A DNA stretch of 42,140 nt from a virus. Its lineage: Duplodnaviria > Caudoviricetes. How positions within the stretch are numbered: the stretch's first letter is position 1; every line of letters starts with the position of its first letter. A program made the position numbers and the translations under genes. Location: IMG/VR virus record IMGVR_UViG_3300048576_000598, positions 1-42,140 of that record. One strand, given 5' to 3'. This document shows positions 8,392 through 18,066 of the stretch, in pieces. The notes beneath the pieces are model-generated. The model saw only the letters and a list, made by a program, of their open reading frames with translations. It was not told the DNA's origin and searched no databases.

Positions 8392-10980
8392 TTACCTCAG
8401 TAACTCCCGCACGGCGGAACCGTTGCGGGAGAGCACGTTGAGAATGGTTTTTTCACCGGCGGCGGAATTCAGATAGTCGGCCGCCATGCCGGGATCGATG
8501 ACATTGACGATACGTACCGATTGCGAGGGGGATGCGGCCGGGGCTTGAGCCACATCCGGTACCAGACCACCCTCGGCAAAGGCCAGACGCGGCCCCAACC
8601 AGCGGGGTGCGGCCAGACCGCCGTTCAGGGCATGCAGAAACTCGACGCCGACCCGGCGCACAGCCTCCGCACGCAGGACGTATTCCCCGGCGGACAGCCT
8701 TGCCGGAATGGAATCGCTGGTGGTCGTGCCTGGCCCGGTGACGTAACCACCGGACGCAAAGCCGGCCCACTGGAATAGCCCCGAGATCAGGCCACCCAAG
8801 CCGCCACCGCCGCCCTTGCTCATCCCGCCGAACAATTCTTCGGCGATTTTCTGCGCAGCGATGCGGTTGATCGCCGAAATCACCGAACGGGCAAAATCGG
8901 CAAAGGCATCCTTGGCGGATTTCGCCCCCGAGCCGATCTGCTCGAACATCGTGGCAAAGGCATTCTCCACGTCGCCGTTGATGCGGGTGGCGACATCGTC
9001 GGCCTCGGTCTTCAGCCTGGCGATCTCCACCTTGAGTCGCGCCACGCGGTTAATGGCTTCCTCCGACCCGGTGGATGCAGCCAGTTCCTGCATCTTCGGA
9101 ATCAAGCCATCTACTTCGGCGGCGGTCTGCTGGTGCAACTCGAGTACGCCGCGCCGCATCTGCGACTCGGTGAGCATCCCGGCGTCCTTCTGCACCTGTA
9201 GTTCGCGCTCGCGAATGGCCATGCGCTCCGTGACGACGCCATACTGGCGTTCGAGCCTGGCGAGTTCCGCCAAGTCCGCCTCGACGTTGATCAGGCGTCC
9301 GACATCGGCCGCGCCGGTGCTGTCTCCCGTGCGATTGAGTTTCTCGATGAGCGGCTGGTATTCACGTTCGAGTCGGGCGCGGGTCACGTCGCCACCCGTA
9401 CCGCCCCGGATCTCGGCCAGGCGGTCACGCACGCGCGCCAGTTCGTCGGCCAGTTCCTTTTCTGCCTTGGCGGCGGCGTGGGCATTGGCGACCTCGATTT
9501 CGCCGCGCTTCATGTTGAGCACGGTGATCTCGCCTTCGAGTTTCTTGACCTCGGACTTGGCCCGCAGGCGCTGCACTTCGTCCTTGCCGCCGACCGCAAT
9601 GGCCGATTGCGCACTCAGTTCCTGTTGTTTGGCCGCCAACTCCTGATCGATGGCCTGTTGCTCGATCTGCGTTTTGCGGCCGTAGTAGCCACGGATCGAC
9701 ACCAGACGGTCATCGAGTGCGCGATCCAGTGCCGTCTTCTGCAGATCTAGGCCTTCCTTGAGGACTTTGAATTCCGATTCGGCCTGCGCCTTGACCACCG
9801 CCAGCTGTGCGCCGGTCGTGTCCTTCTCCGCACCACCGGCGGATTTCTTCTCGCACTTGCCATTGACCCATTGCCCACCGGACACCACGCAAGCGATACG
9901 CTGCATGTCCTCGGTCGGTTTGCCGGTCGGCGTCTTCTCTTCGGGGCGCTTGGGACTGGTCAGCGCGTCTAGGCGTTGCTTCGCCCCCGCCAATTCCTGC
10001 TCCCATTGGGCGAGGTTCTTCCGCAGCGTCGCCATCGCGCCATCGTTAAACTTGACGTCGAAGGGCATGAACGGCACGGGCGCCTTGCCGGTGTCAACCT
10101 TCTTGCGCGTCGAATCGACCAGTTCCTGAATCCGGGCGACCTCGTCGCGGGCACGTTTGATCTCGGTGCCGTTGAAGATCAGATTGCCAACCCCGCCCAG
10201 ACCGACCCACAACGCCTTCAGCGTTCCGGCCTCGTTGGCCGCCTCGCGCATGGCGTTGGTGATGTTCGTCAGTTCCGGCAGAAAATCACGGGCCAGTGCG
10301 ATGCCGAGCGAGGAGCTCGATGCCTTGAGTGCCGTGAGGTTGTCGTTGAAGGCTTCCGCCGAGCGCGCCGTCTCGGTGGTGAGCTTGAGGCCCAGTCGTT
10401 CAGCCTCGGCAGTCAGTTGAGTGATGCCAGCCGCCCCCTGATTCAGGAACGGGATCATGTCCATGCCGCTCTTGCCGAACAGCTTCACCGCGAGCGCCGT
10501 CTTGACCGCGCCATCCTCCAGGTTGGCGAAGACATCGGCCACCTGTAGCAGCACAGCTTCGGTGGACTTCATGCTCCCATCGGCATTTCTGACCGAGATA
10601 CCAAGGGCATCGAAGACCTGCGCCCCGTCGCCGATACCGGTATTGGCCTCGGCGATGTTCTGGGACAGCCCCTTGATGCCCTTCTGCAAGGTCTCCAGAC
10701 TCACATCTGACAGTTGCGCGGCAAAGCGCAGCGTCGACAAGGCTTCGACCGAGATGCCGATCTTTTGCGAGAGCTTGTTCAGTTGATCGGCTGCATCGAT
10801 GGCGCTCTTGATCATGGCGGCAAAACCGGCCACGGAAAGCGATACGCCAAGTCCGGCCAGCATTCCCTTGACCCGGTTCGATTCATCACCGAGCTTGGCC
10901 AGGTTGCCGCGAATCGAGTCGAAGGCCGAGCGTGTCTGGTCAACGGCAGTAATCAGCAGTTGGGCGCGATCCTGAGTCAC
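8392..10980 (-). CDS. Tail tape measure protein (862 aa)
   Basis: Long Ala/Leu-rich helical protein, ITAVDQT N-terminus, C-terminal FASGGYVTGPGTTTSDSIPARLSAGEYV. Confidence 0.92.
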   Translation of the reverse strand: MTQDRAQLLITAVDQTRSAFDSIRGNLAKLGDESNRVKGMLAGLGVSLSVAGFAAMIKSAIDAADQLNKLSQKIGISVEALSTLRFAAQLSDVSLETLQKGIKGLSQNIAEANTGIGDGAQVFDALGISVRNADGSMKSTEAVLLQVADVFANLEDGAVKTALAVKLFGKSGMDMIPFLNQGAAGITQLTAEAERLGLKLTTETARSAEAFNDNLTALKASSSSLGIALARDFLPELTNITNAMREAANEAGTLKALWVGLGGVGNLIFNGTEIKRARDEVARIQELVDSTRKKVDTGKAPVPFMPFDVKFNDGAMATLRKNLAQWEQELAGAKQRLDALTSPKRPEEKTPTGKPTEDMQRIACVVSGGQWVNGKCEKKSAGGAEKDTTGAQLAVVKAQAESEFKVLKEGLDLQKTALDRALDDRLVSIRGYYGRKTQIEQQAIDQELAAKQQELSAQSAIAVGGKDEVQRLRAKSEVKKLEGEITVLNMKRGEIEVANAHAAAKAEKELADELARVRDRLAEIRGGTGGDVTRARLEREYQPLIEKLNRTGDSTGAADVGRLINVEADLAELARLERQYGVVTERMAIRERELQVQKDAGMLTESQMRRGVLELHQQTAAEVDGLIPKMQELAASTGSEEAINRVARLKVEIARLKTEADDVATRINGDVENAFATMFEQIGSGAKSAKDAFADFARSVISAINRIAAQKIAEELFGGMSKGGGGGLGGLISGLFQWAGFASGGYVTGPGTTTSDSIPARLSAGEYVLRAEAVRRVGVEFLHALNGGLAAPRWLGPRLAFAEGGLVPDVAQAPAASPSQSVRIVNVIDPGMAADYLNSAAGEKTILNVLSRNGSAVRELLR

Positions 10981-10996
10981 GACAAATTCATCTCTC

Positions 10997-11647
10997 TCAA
11001 ATCTTGGTCAATTGCTTCTCGATGGCTCTGGCCAGGACGGGCATCTGGCCGCGTACCGTCCCTTCCAGATCGAAGCGGCGTTTCATGGACACCGCCGGTA
11101 CCAGCACGGCAATGGGAATCTCTGTGCCGCGCTTGATCGACTTCGCGCCGGTGCGGCTCCGTTCCGCGCGCTTGAACCGGGTCAGTACCGAGGCGTTTTC
11201 CTTGATGTTCTCGGCCATCAGGATGGCCTGGCCGTTTTTACGGATGAAATACGCGTTGCCCGAACGAATCAGCGTATCGATGACCCGTTTGAACGCTCGA
11301 CGACCGATGCGGCGGCCTTCCTCGGTCAATGGAATTAGCATCCGGCCGGAGATGGTTCCACCCCGCATATGGATGCCGAGCCAGGGAATCTTCGAGCCGA
11401 TGAGCACCGCAGGTAATTTGTCCGGGTTGCGGTCATAGACCTTCGCCCGCAGCGAATTCACGAAGGCCGGCTTCCTGACCGTGAAATCCGCATTCATCCT
11501 GCTGCGCACAGCATCAGCAACGGTCTTGCCGCCTGATTGCATCCCGGTCGAGACCGCCTTGTGGATGGCGGTCTGCTTCTGCCGGCTCCAGGCATCGAGC
11601 TTCGATTTATCCAGCAACCCCGATGCGGTCAGGGAGAGTTTCAGCAT
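10997..11647 (-). CDS. DUF6441-like basic protein, possible tail completion/neck protein
   Basis: 216 aa, Arg/Lys-rich, WLGIHMRGGTI motif; between chaperones and tape measure. Confidence 0.6.
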   Translation of the reverse strand: MLKLSLTASGLLDKSKLDAWSRQKQTAIHKAVSTGMQSGGKTVADAVRSRMNADFTVRKPAFVNSLRAKVYDRNPDKLPAVLIGSKIPWLGIHMRGGTISGRMLIPLTEEGRRIGRRAFKRVIDTLIRSGNAYFIRKNGQAILMAENIKENASVLTRFKRAERSRTGAKSIKRGTEIPIAVLVPAVSMKRRFDLEGTVRGQMPVLARAIEKQLTKI

Positions 11648-11919
11648 GACAGCACCTTCATCATCCGGCGCAATGCGTCACTGCTGCCCTGGCTGCCGGT
11701 CGCCGTTACCGACAGGAGATTCGCCAGTTGTCGGGACTCCTGCTGGTCGATGGCGGCCAGAAAGGCATCGGTTTGCGCCAACGTGTAGTTGAGAATGTCG
11801 GCGTAGGCATGCCCTGCGCCGATCAAGCGTTGGAGGGCATGACTCCAGGCGTCGGGTTTTCCAGTGCCAGGCCGATTCGCGCCGCTGCCTGCGTCACGCT
11901 CGGCAACAGGCGCCGGATA
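11641..11919 (-). CDS. Tail assembly chaperone frameshift extension (gpT-like), reached by -1 frameshift
   Basis: The -1 frame is open from the T7 run (11919-11925) through WSHALQRLIGAGHAYADILNYTLAQ to the stop at 11641; its own start is only a weak TTG. Confidence 0.75.
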   Translation of the reverse strand, partial: YPAPVAERDAGSGANRPGTGKPDAWSHALQRLIGAGHAYADILNYTLAQTDAFLAAIDQQESRQLANLLSVTATGSQGSSDALRRMMKVLSC

Positions 11920-12227
11920 AAAAAATCGGCATTCACCCCGAACACCACTTCGGCCAGGCGAACAGCCTCATCGAGATCGAGCCCGGCCACCCAGTCGACC
12001 GGGCGGCGCGTGGCAATGGCGAGAGCTGCGATCACCGCTTCGCCGTGCTCGGCCAGAATTGCCAGCCAATCAGGCGATGCTGAAAGACTCGTCGCGATGG
12101 GTTGTACCGCCCGAGCGAATGCTGGCACTTCGCCCACCTTGAGCGGCGTGAGTTCGATGTGCTCGCCAGCGATCTCTACGGACGCCGGCACCGGCGGCAG
12201 TGCCGCGAACATCTCCTTGCCCATCAC
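11823..12227 (-). CDS. Tail assembly chaperone (gpG-like)
   Basis: Directly after tail tube gene; VNADFF encoded by slippery GAT TTT TTT ATC. Confidence 0.8.
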   Translation of the reverse strand: MMGKEMFAALPPVPASVEIAGEHIELTPLKVGEVPAFARAVQPIATSLSASPDWLAILAEHGEAVIAALAIATRRPVDWVAGLDLDEAVRLAEVVFGVNADFFIRRLLPSVTQAAARIGLALENPTPGVMPSNA

Positions 12228-12958
12228 AGCAACACGATCCGACCGAATTGGCCAAGCGCACCAGCAGCCGGCTTGGTGAGATCGGCCAGCACTTGTCCGG
12301 ACAACTCGAACTTCATGAGTTCAGTGCCGATCACCGACAAGTCTTTCGCTGGATTGATGGCCACCCGGTAGAGGTCGATCACGACTTCCTTGTTGGCGTC
12401 GGCCGTGTTCAGACCCTCGAAGCGAACCCAGCGTTCGGGCAAAGGCTGGGTGAACATGGCCGTGACGTTGGCCGCACCGTAGCTGTAGCTGGCAGCAATC
12501 GCACCGGTCACACCGGTGATGTCGGTGAACTGAATGGAGCCATGCTTGGCATTGACCGTGTATTTCGTATTGGCGACGGTGGTAGCGCCTGCCTTGATGA
12601 CCACGGCAGAGACGTTCTGCTTGCCGAGCAAATAGAGTTTGCCGAGTTCCGCCGTCGCGATGATAGGCTCGTCGGTTACGGTGCCGGTGGTGACCGCCGT
12701 GGTGGATCCGTAGAGGGAGAGCTCCAGATTCGTCTGGATCAGTTCCTCCAGGGTGCAGGCGAACTCACCTTTCTTGGTCTTGATGAGTTGCAAATCGGTC
12801 AGGCGCTGGCCGGATTGCGATTCCTGATGCTCCAGGGTCTCGACGGACAGCGAAACCTTCAGATCAGGCACGTTGCCGACGAAGGTGAGTCCCAGCGGGT
12901 TGCCATTGGTGTCACGCGCGCCGATGAAGACGCGACCTTGTCCGGAAAAATAGGCCAT
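12224..12958 (-). CDS. Major tail (tube) protein
   Basis: YFSGQGRVFIG...FVGNV..L N-terminus, beta-rich 244 aa, canonical position. Confidence 0.85.
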   Translation of the reverse strand: MAYFSGQGRVFIGARDTNGNPLGLTFVGNVPDLKVSLSVETLEHQESQSGQRLTDLQLIKTKKGEFACTLEELIQTNLELSLYGSTTAVTTGTVTDEPIIATAELGKLYLLGKQNVSAVVIKAGATTVANTKYTVNAKHGSIQFTDITGVTGAIAASYSYGAANVTAMFTQPLPERWVRFEGLNTADANKEVVIDLYRVAINPAKDLSVIGTELMKFELSGQVLADLTKPAAGALGQFGRIVLL

Positions 12959-12961
12959 TGC

Positions 12962-13132
12962 TTACTCCTGAGTGATGTTGGGTTGCTTGCTGGCTTTGGC
13001 GGCTTGGAGCACAGGTTGAGCACTGCCGATTTCGCAAAGCCATTGCGCGAGGTCGTCTGCCAGTTCGATGACATCGCCGGGGTTGCACGCCATGCCGGCA
13101 TGTTCGTGAGGTTTGCTGAGTGTTACTTCCAT
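12962..13132 (-). CDS. Small hypothetical protein (56 aa)
   Basis: ATG 13132 fills the gap between tail terminator and tube genes; L.KPH.HAG....GD.IEL...A.WL motif common in phage morphogenesis operons. Confidence 0.65.
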   Translation of the reverse strand: MEVTLSKPHEHAGMACNPGDVIELADDLAQWLCEIGSAQPVLQAAKASKQPNITQE

Positions 13133-13136
13133 GGTC

Positions 13137-13580
13137 TTAGCCCTGCGCCGTGAGGTCATGTACCAGGGTGCGGTACGTGACCTGATAGCGTGTCGGAATG
13201 GCAGCCGCCGTGGCATCGGCATCCTCGATGTCCCACTCGCAATCAAGTTGCTGAAGTCCGATGCACAGGCCGCCAAAGTTGACGTCGGCAAACAGGGCTG
13301 CGTGAGCGGCAACCTGCAGACGATCGGCAATGACCTCGGCGGCTTCGCCGCTGGTTTCACGGGCCATGGCGACCAGGCGGACGATCAGATGGCGCTCGAT
13401 ACGATCATTGGCCCGCTGGGCAATTGACTCGGCTTCAGGAAAGAGCAGCAATGCCGGGCTCGCGTCGCGGCTGATGGCAGTAGTCGGCGATCGCTTGATC
13501 TGTGCGCCTTCTGCATGCGCCAGTGGGCTGAGTCGGCTGACGATCTCCTGCAACAGTCGTTCTCGAATAGATATGGGCAT
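13137..13580 (-). CDS. Putative tail terminator/completion protein
   Basis: 147 aa, SIRERLL N-terminus and Y.VTYRT C-terminus; upstream of tail tube; GGAG RBS. Confidence 0.65.
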   Translation of the reverse strand: MPISIRERLLQEIVSRLSPLAHAEGAQIKRSPTTAISRDASPALLLFPEAESIAQRANDRIERHLIVRLVAMARETSGEAAEVIADRLQVAAHAALFADVNFGGLCIGLQQLDCEWDIEDADATAAAIPTRYQVTYRTLVHDLTAQG

Positions 13581-13610
13581 TTATTTCTCCAAAATGGTCG
13601 GAACCCAGGT

Positions 13611-13892
13611 TTAAAGCATGGTCAGCGTTGCCCGACATTCAGAGCCGTCGCCGACAGCCCGGACTTCCCGAACGCGGTAGGTCACGCCACCGATCAGCAG
13701 TTCGTGGCCGGCATCCAGTGCCATCACGTCAGCTGGATAGCGAATCGCGTAGTCGGACGAGAGTCCAAGGCCATCGAGCACCTCGACATCGGGGGCACGA
13801 AAATCGACCAGGACTTCCGCGCCCCCAATGACGGCCGGTGTGAGCAAGCCAGCTCGCCCGGCTGCCGCATACAAATCAGTCAGGACGGTCAT
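13611..13892 (-). CDS. Head-tail joining (head closure, gpFII-like) protein
   Basis: ATG 13892 overlaps capsid stop; G..L.IGG..YRVREV...GDG.E...L pattern. Confidence 0.72.
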   Translation of the reverse strand: MTVLTDLYAAAGRAGLLTPAVIGGAEVLVDFRAPDVEVLDGLGLSSDYAIRYPADVMALDAGHELLIGGVTYRVREVRAVGDGSECRATLTML

Positions 13893-14896
13893 CAGGACAT
13901 CGTCAGCTTGACCAGCACGCCGGGGCGATGGCACATCGGCAGCGGATTCGACTGCGTATGCAGATCGGTACCGCGCTCGAACTTTCGCGAGTCCTGCTTG
14001 GCGTACAGCGGCTGCCCCAGCGTATTGACGGTCTCGTTGAAATCCGCCGGTGCCACGTAGGTGCCGAAGGTATCGATGGTGCCTACCGGGAAGGCATGCG
14101 CTTCGCCAGCTGCGATGAAGCGGCGGGTGGCCCCATTGCCATCGGTCGCCTGGCCGCGATACTCCTCGAAGACGATACCGCCGAAGGTGAAGCCGGCCCT
14201 GACATCGTCACGGAGGATCGCGCCCTGCTGGAAGTTTTCGTAAGCCTTCTCGACCTTCGGGTGTGCAATCAGCTTTTCAAAGAACTCTGGCGAGCACAGG
14301 CAGCGCACGTTAGTCATGAACTCGCCGCGCAGGTTCTCCTCGATGTGCGCCAACGTATCTACGCATTTCTGGCGGACGTTGGTGCTGTCCGTGGCCAGCG
14401 CGAAGTTGATGGACTTCGGCGCGATACCGAACTCGTCGTAGAGGTTGTAGAGCGTCGAGCCGTCAGCATCAAGGATGATGCCTTTCAAGGCACCCATGCG
14501 CAGATGTTCCAGCGTGATGGCGTGCTTGTTGCGCATGGTCTCCAGATGGCGGGCCATGACGCCGGCCACGGTCTCCAGTTCGGTTTCCGATCCGAAGGCG
14601 CGCAGCCCCTGGACTTCCTCGGGCAACACCACGTCGTCGTGCGGGATGTGGGGCACGACGAAGGAGCGCATCTTGCGCTTGTCACGCTGACCCACCGTGC
14701 CGGGACTGCCCACCGGCAAGGTCGGCAGCAGATTCAGCACGCCGTTTTTCTCCTCGATGAGGATCTGGCGGAAACGCACCGGCTTGACCGGGAACAGGTT
14801 GAGCGACTCCAGTCGGCCGTAGCGGTTCGGCAGGAGGTTGATGGCGGCCGTGAGATTGGCCATCGAGAAGGCGGGATTCGAGAACGGGTTCTGCAT
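13892..14896 (-). CDS. Major capsid protein, lambda gpE family
   Basis: 334 aa; FS...LTAAIN..P, TLEHLRMGALKG, C-terminal QSNPLPMC.RP..LVK; AAAGGAG RBS. Confidence 0.93.
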   Translation of the reverse strand: MQNPFSNPAFSMANLTAAINLLPNRYGRLESLNLFPVKPVRFRQILIEEKNGVLNLLPTLPVGSPGTVGQRDKRKMRSFVVPHIPHDDVVLPEEVQGLRAFGSETELETVAGVMARHLETMRNKHAITLEHLRMGALKGIILDADGSTLYNLYDEFGIAPKSINFALATDSTNVRQKCVDTLAHIEENLRGEFMTNVRCLCSPEFFEKLIAHPKVEKAYENFQQGAILRDDVRAGFTFGGIVFEEYRGQATDGNGATRRFIAAGEAHAFPVGTIDTFGTYVAPADFNETVNTLGQPLYAKQDSRKFERGTDLHTQSNPLPMCHRPGVLVKLTMS

Positions 14897-14908
14897 GAGA
14901 GGACTCCT

Positions 14909-15286
14909 TTAAACAGCGTGGCGAACGAGCACGCCGGCCGCCTTGAGTTGGGCGATGGCAGCGGCTTTGTCCAGGGGGGCTATACCGGCCGGCCAGGTCA
15001 GGGCGTGATCGGCGACGACGGCATGACGGGCAATCAGAATCCCGTCCTCGCGATCGATCAGGGTGGCGTCGACCGAGGTGGCGAGAACGCCGACGGCGAC
15101 CTCGGTACCATCGGTGGCGGCCGGATCGATCTGCTTGACCTTGGCCGTGGTGGCGTCAATGCCGACCACGGTGCCGAGCACGAGGTTCTGGCCAGCGGCG
15201 ACCGTGACCTGGTCACGTGAATAGAGGTTGGGCGCTTCGTACTTGAGCAGATCGCCCAGATTGAGACCTTCGGTAATGACGGGCAT
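14909..15286 (-). CDS. Head decoration protein (gpD-like)
   Basis: 125 aa between protease and capsid; SRDQVTV..GQ.L..GTVVG, DG.EVAVGVL. Confidence 0.88.
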   Translation of the reverse strand: MPVITEGLNLGDLLKYEAPNLYSRDQVTVAAGQNLVLGTVVGIDATTAKVKQIDPAATDGTEVAVGVLATSVDATLIDREDGILIARHAVVADHALTWPAGIAPLDKAAAIAQLKAAGVLVRHAV

Positions 15287-15289
15287 GGC

Positions 15290-15658
15290 TTACTCCTTTC
15301 CGGTGAGTTTCTTGACGGCTGCCATCAGGGGATTGGCGGCAGATTGGGATTGCTGAGGTGCCGAGGCATCCGGCGCGATCGTCGAGCGGATTTCCCGACT
15401 GTCAGCACGGCTGGCCAGCAGCGCTTTACGGACCTGGCCTTCGGAAAACCCTTCAGCGAGGAAACGGGCCGTCAATTCCGGATGACCGGCGAGTTGGCAC
15501 AGTTCGGCGATGGCGAGTGCGTTGGTTCCGTTCTCCGCAGGGCGGGCTTGGGCGTCAGTGGCCGGCACTTCATCAGTGACAGAGGTCTCCGAATCGGGAT
15601 CGGGAGCTTTTGCCGGTTCATCGGTCAGTGGCTTTTCAGTTGTGTCGGGGTGAGACAT
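15290..15658 (-). CDS. Putative nested scaffolding protein (Nu3-like, internal start)
   Basis: In-frame ATG 15658 preceded by GGAG (ATGGAGATCTCAACCATG) after a Ser-rich linker; lambda C/Nu3 precedent. Confidence 0.5.
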   Translation of the reverse strand: MSHPDTTEKPLTDEPAKAPDPDSETSVTDEVPATDAQARPAENGTNALAIAELCQLAGHPELTARFLAEGFSEGQVRKALLASRADSREIRSTIAPDASAPQQSQSAANPLMAAVKKLTGKE

Positions 15659-16573
15659 GGTTGAGATCTCCATGGAAGTTGAAGGATTTGATGCGATGGG
15701 TGTTGCCAGTGAGCGCGAGGAACTCGATACCGCGTGGCCGCGCGCCCGACGAGCCACCAGAAAACTGCCGAATTCGGCGATGACCGAATCGAGGCTGCCG
15801 ACGGCATCGACCAGCCCGGCACTCACCGCCTCCTCGCCGAAATAGATGCCGGCCTCGGTGGCACGCACCGCGTCGGCATCGAGCCGACGCATCGCAGCGA
15901 CGTGAGTCACGAACAGGCCGTAGAGACGATCGACTTCGGCCTGGAGTCGGGCATGGGCATCAGGGCCGAGCTTTTCGTGGGGAGAGAAATCGTTCTTCTG
16001 CTCTCCCGCAGTAATCGGGGTGTAGCGATAACCTTGTTGGGCATCGCGGGCGGTCTGGTCGACGTGCATGGCAATCACGCCGATAGAGCCCACGCCGCCG
16101 GTACGTGTGACCACCAGACGAGATGCCGCGCAGCCAATGGCATAGGCAGCGGAGTACGCCGCGTCCGACGCCACAGCCCAGATGGGCTTCACGGCATCGC
16201 CAGCACGGATCCGCTCGCCAAGTTCAAACACGCCGCCTGCTTCGCCACCCGGAGAATCGATGTCGAGCAAGATGCCCTCGACACTCGGATCGCTGATCGC
16301 CGCATCGACCATGCCGGCGATCTCAGCGTAGGACGTGAAGCCCGAGGCCGGTTCCAACCCCATGGTGCGACGAACGAGCGACCCAACCACGGGGATCACG
16401 GCAACACCTGCAGGTGCATCGATGCGTGCCCGTGCCTGTGGGAGAGATGCCGCCAGTTCGGATTCAGGCCAATTCACCCGCTCGCCGAGCACCGACAGAA
16501 TCACGTCGAGCTTGGCACGGGCGAGCAGAAGCGGCGTCCCGTAGAGACGGGCCGCAAGATGAGGTAAATGCAT
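15290..16573 (-). CDS. Prohead protease, S49 peptidase (gpC-like) with C-terminal scaffold region
   Basis: LDIDSPGGE, AYSAAYAI, GSIGV motifs; start moved to ATG 16573, just after the portal stop. Confidence 0.9.
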   Translation of the reverse strand: MHLPHLAARLYGTPLLLARAKLDVILSVLGERVNWPESELAASLPQARARIDAPAGVAVIPVVGSLVRRTMGLEPASGFTSYAEIAGMVDAAISDPSVEGILLDIDSPGGEAGGVFELGERIRAGDAVKPIWAVASDAAYSAAYAIGCAASRLVVTRTGGVGSIGVIAMHVDQTARDAQQGYRYTPITAGEQKNDFSPHEKLGPDAHARLQAEVDRLYGLFVTHVAAMRRLDADAVRATEAGIYFGEEAVSAGLVDAVGSLDSVIAEFGSFLVARRARGHAVSSSSRSLATPIASNPSTSMEISTMSHPDTTEKPLTDEPAKAPDPDSETSVTDEVPATDAQARPAENGTNALAIAELCQLAGHPELTARFLAEGFSEGQVRKALLASRADSREIRSTIAPDASAPQQSQSAANPLMAAVKKLTGKE

Positions 16574-16574
16574 G

Positions 16575-18065
16575 TCAGGGGTTCTCCGGGGTTTCGGGGG
16601 GAACAACGGCTGGCGGCGCAGCTGCCAAGTCATGACGGGGGTCGGACTCAAACACCAACCCGAGCGCATCGGCCCTTGCGTTGTCAGCGGCAATCTCCCG
16701 ATCAACATCTTCGGCGTCGTAGCCGAAGGATGAGATAGCCTCCGAACGGGAGAGCAGACCCGACCGGATGGCGGTGAGCATGGCGTCAAACTCTTTCTTG
16801 GGATCCACCCATTGCCAGCCCTGGGGAATCCACTTCACAGCCAGATACTCGCGTCGCTTGGCCTGACCGCCTCGGGCATACCCCGGCAAGGACAACGCCC
16901 CCTCAAGTGCTGCCTGCTCGATGAAGGCCTGCCAGATCGGTCGGCACAATTGGTGGACGAGCACGCCGTGCTGCAAGGCTTCGCAGCGACGGCGAAACTC
17001 CAGCAGGCCGGCACGGATCGACGAGTAATTGACCTGGGTGAGATCCCCGGTCAGTTGTTCGTAGGTGACACCCATGGCGGCAGCGACGGCACGGAACTGC
17101 ATGCGCAGAAAATCGGCATAGCTCGCGCCGACATCAGCCGGTTGCGAGAATTTGACGTCTTCGCCGGGCTCCAGGATCTGCAAGGTGCCGGGCTCCAGAC
17201 CGGCCAGAGCCACCCCGTTGGCGTCCGAGACGCCTTCGCCCATCAGGTTGTCCTCGGGTGCCAGGCGCGTAATGAAACCAGCGAACATAGCGGCAGTTTT
17301 TTTGCGCACCAGTTCGGCATCATCGTACTGGTCGAGTTCATTGAGCTTGACCAAGGCCCGGGCCAACCAGGGTTCGCCACGAATCTGCCCTGGCCGCAGG
17401 GGGCGGAAGAGATGCAGGATTTCCGATGCATCGACACGGACCGTTTCAATGCCGCCATTGCCGGACATCGGTGCCAGTGCGCCATCCTCGGGATGTGCCC
17501 GATACAGGTGATAGGCCACACGCCGTCCGAGGCGGTCGAATTCGATGCCGGCACGGATCACATTACCGTTCTCTGCCGTGGCATTCATGGTCACCGGCAA
17601 GTGCTCGGGTTCAAGCACTTGCAGTTGCAGCGCCACGGCAAGACCATCATCTGGCCGCCGATAGCGGATCCGAACCAGTGCCTCGCCGCCCTCCAGCATG
17701 GCCCGGCAGGCCAAGGCTTGCAGGCCATAGAAATCAGTGAGCCCCGAAGCGTCGGCATCCAGCGTCCAGTCGCGCCAGAGCATCTGGATCCGTTCGCGCA
17801 ATGCGGCATCCGTCACCAGGGACTGCGGCTTGATGCCGGTACCGATCGCATTGGCCACGTAGGATTCCAGCGCTGCATTGGCCCAGGCATTGCGCCGCAC
17901 GAGATCACGACTCTTGGTGCGCAGTTCGGTCTGAGTCGCCATCAGCGCCGCTACAGCACCCGGGTTGGCTGGTAGCCAGGCAAAAGATCGCCGTCCACCA
18001 CCAGCCGCCTCGTGCAGCGGACTGCCACCGAACATCCGGCGTGAGAATCGTTTCAGCCAGCGCAT
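16575..18065 (-). CDS. Portal protein, lambda family
   Basis: LR..SRDLVRRN, RPGQIRGEPW, GDL..VNYSSIRAG, W.WVDP.KE; start moved to ATG 18065. Confidence 0.93.
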   Translation of the reverse strand: MRWLKRFSRRMFGGSPLHEAAGGGRRSFAWLPANPGAVAALMATQTELRTKSRDLVRRNAWANAALESYVANAIGTGIKPQSLVTDAALRERIQMLWRDWTLDADASGLTDFYGLQALACRAMLEGGEALVRIRYRRPDDGLAVALQLQVLEPEHLPVTMNATAENGNVIRAGIEFDRLGRRVAYHLYRAHPEDGALAPMSGNGGIETVRVDASEILHLFRPLRPGQIRGEPWLARALVKLNELDQYDDAELVRKKTAAMFAGFITRLAPEDNLMGEGVSDANGVALAGLEPGTLQILEPGEDVKFSQPADVGASYADFLRMQFRAVAAAMGVTYEQLTGDLTQVNYSSIRAGLLEFRRRCEALQHGVLVHQLCRPIWQAFIEQAALEGALSLPGYARGGQAKRREYLAVKWIPQGWQWVDPKKEFDAMLTAIRSGLLSRSEAISSFGYDAEDVDREIAADNARADALGLVFESDPRHDLAAAPPAVVPPETPENP

Positions 18066-18066
18066 C

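Noticed and set aside
13928-17975. Long plus-strand ORFs (13928-15220, 15734-16567, 16812-17975; also 1635-2522, 2778-3818, 8816-9646, 19866-20714, 28884-29720)
   Set aside because: Antisense shadows of well-supported genes in GC-rich DNA; no recognisable motifs
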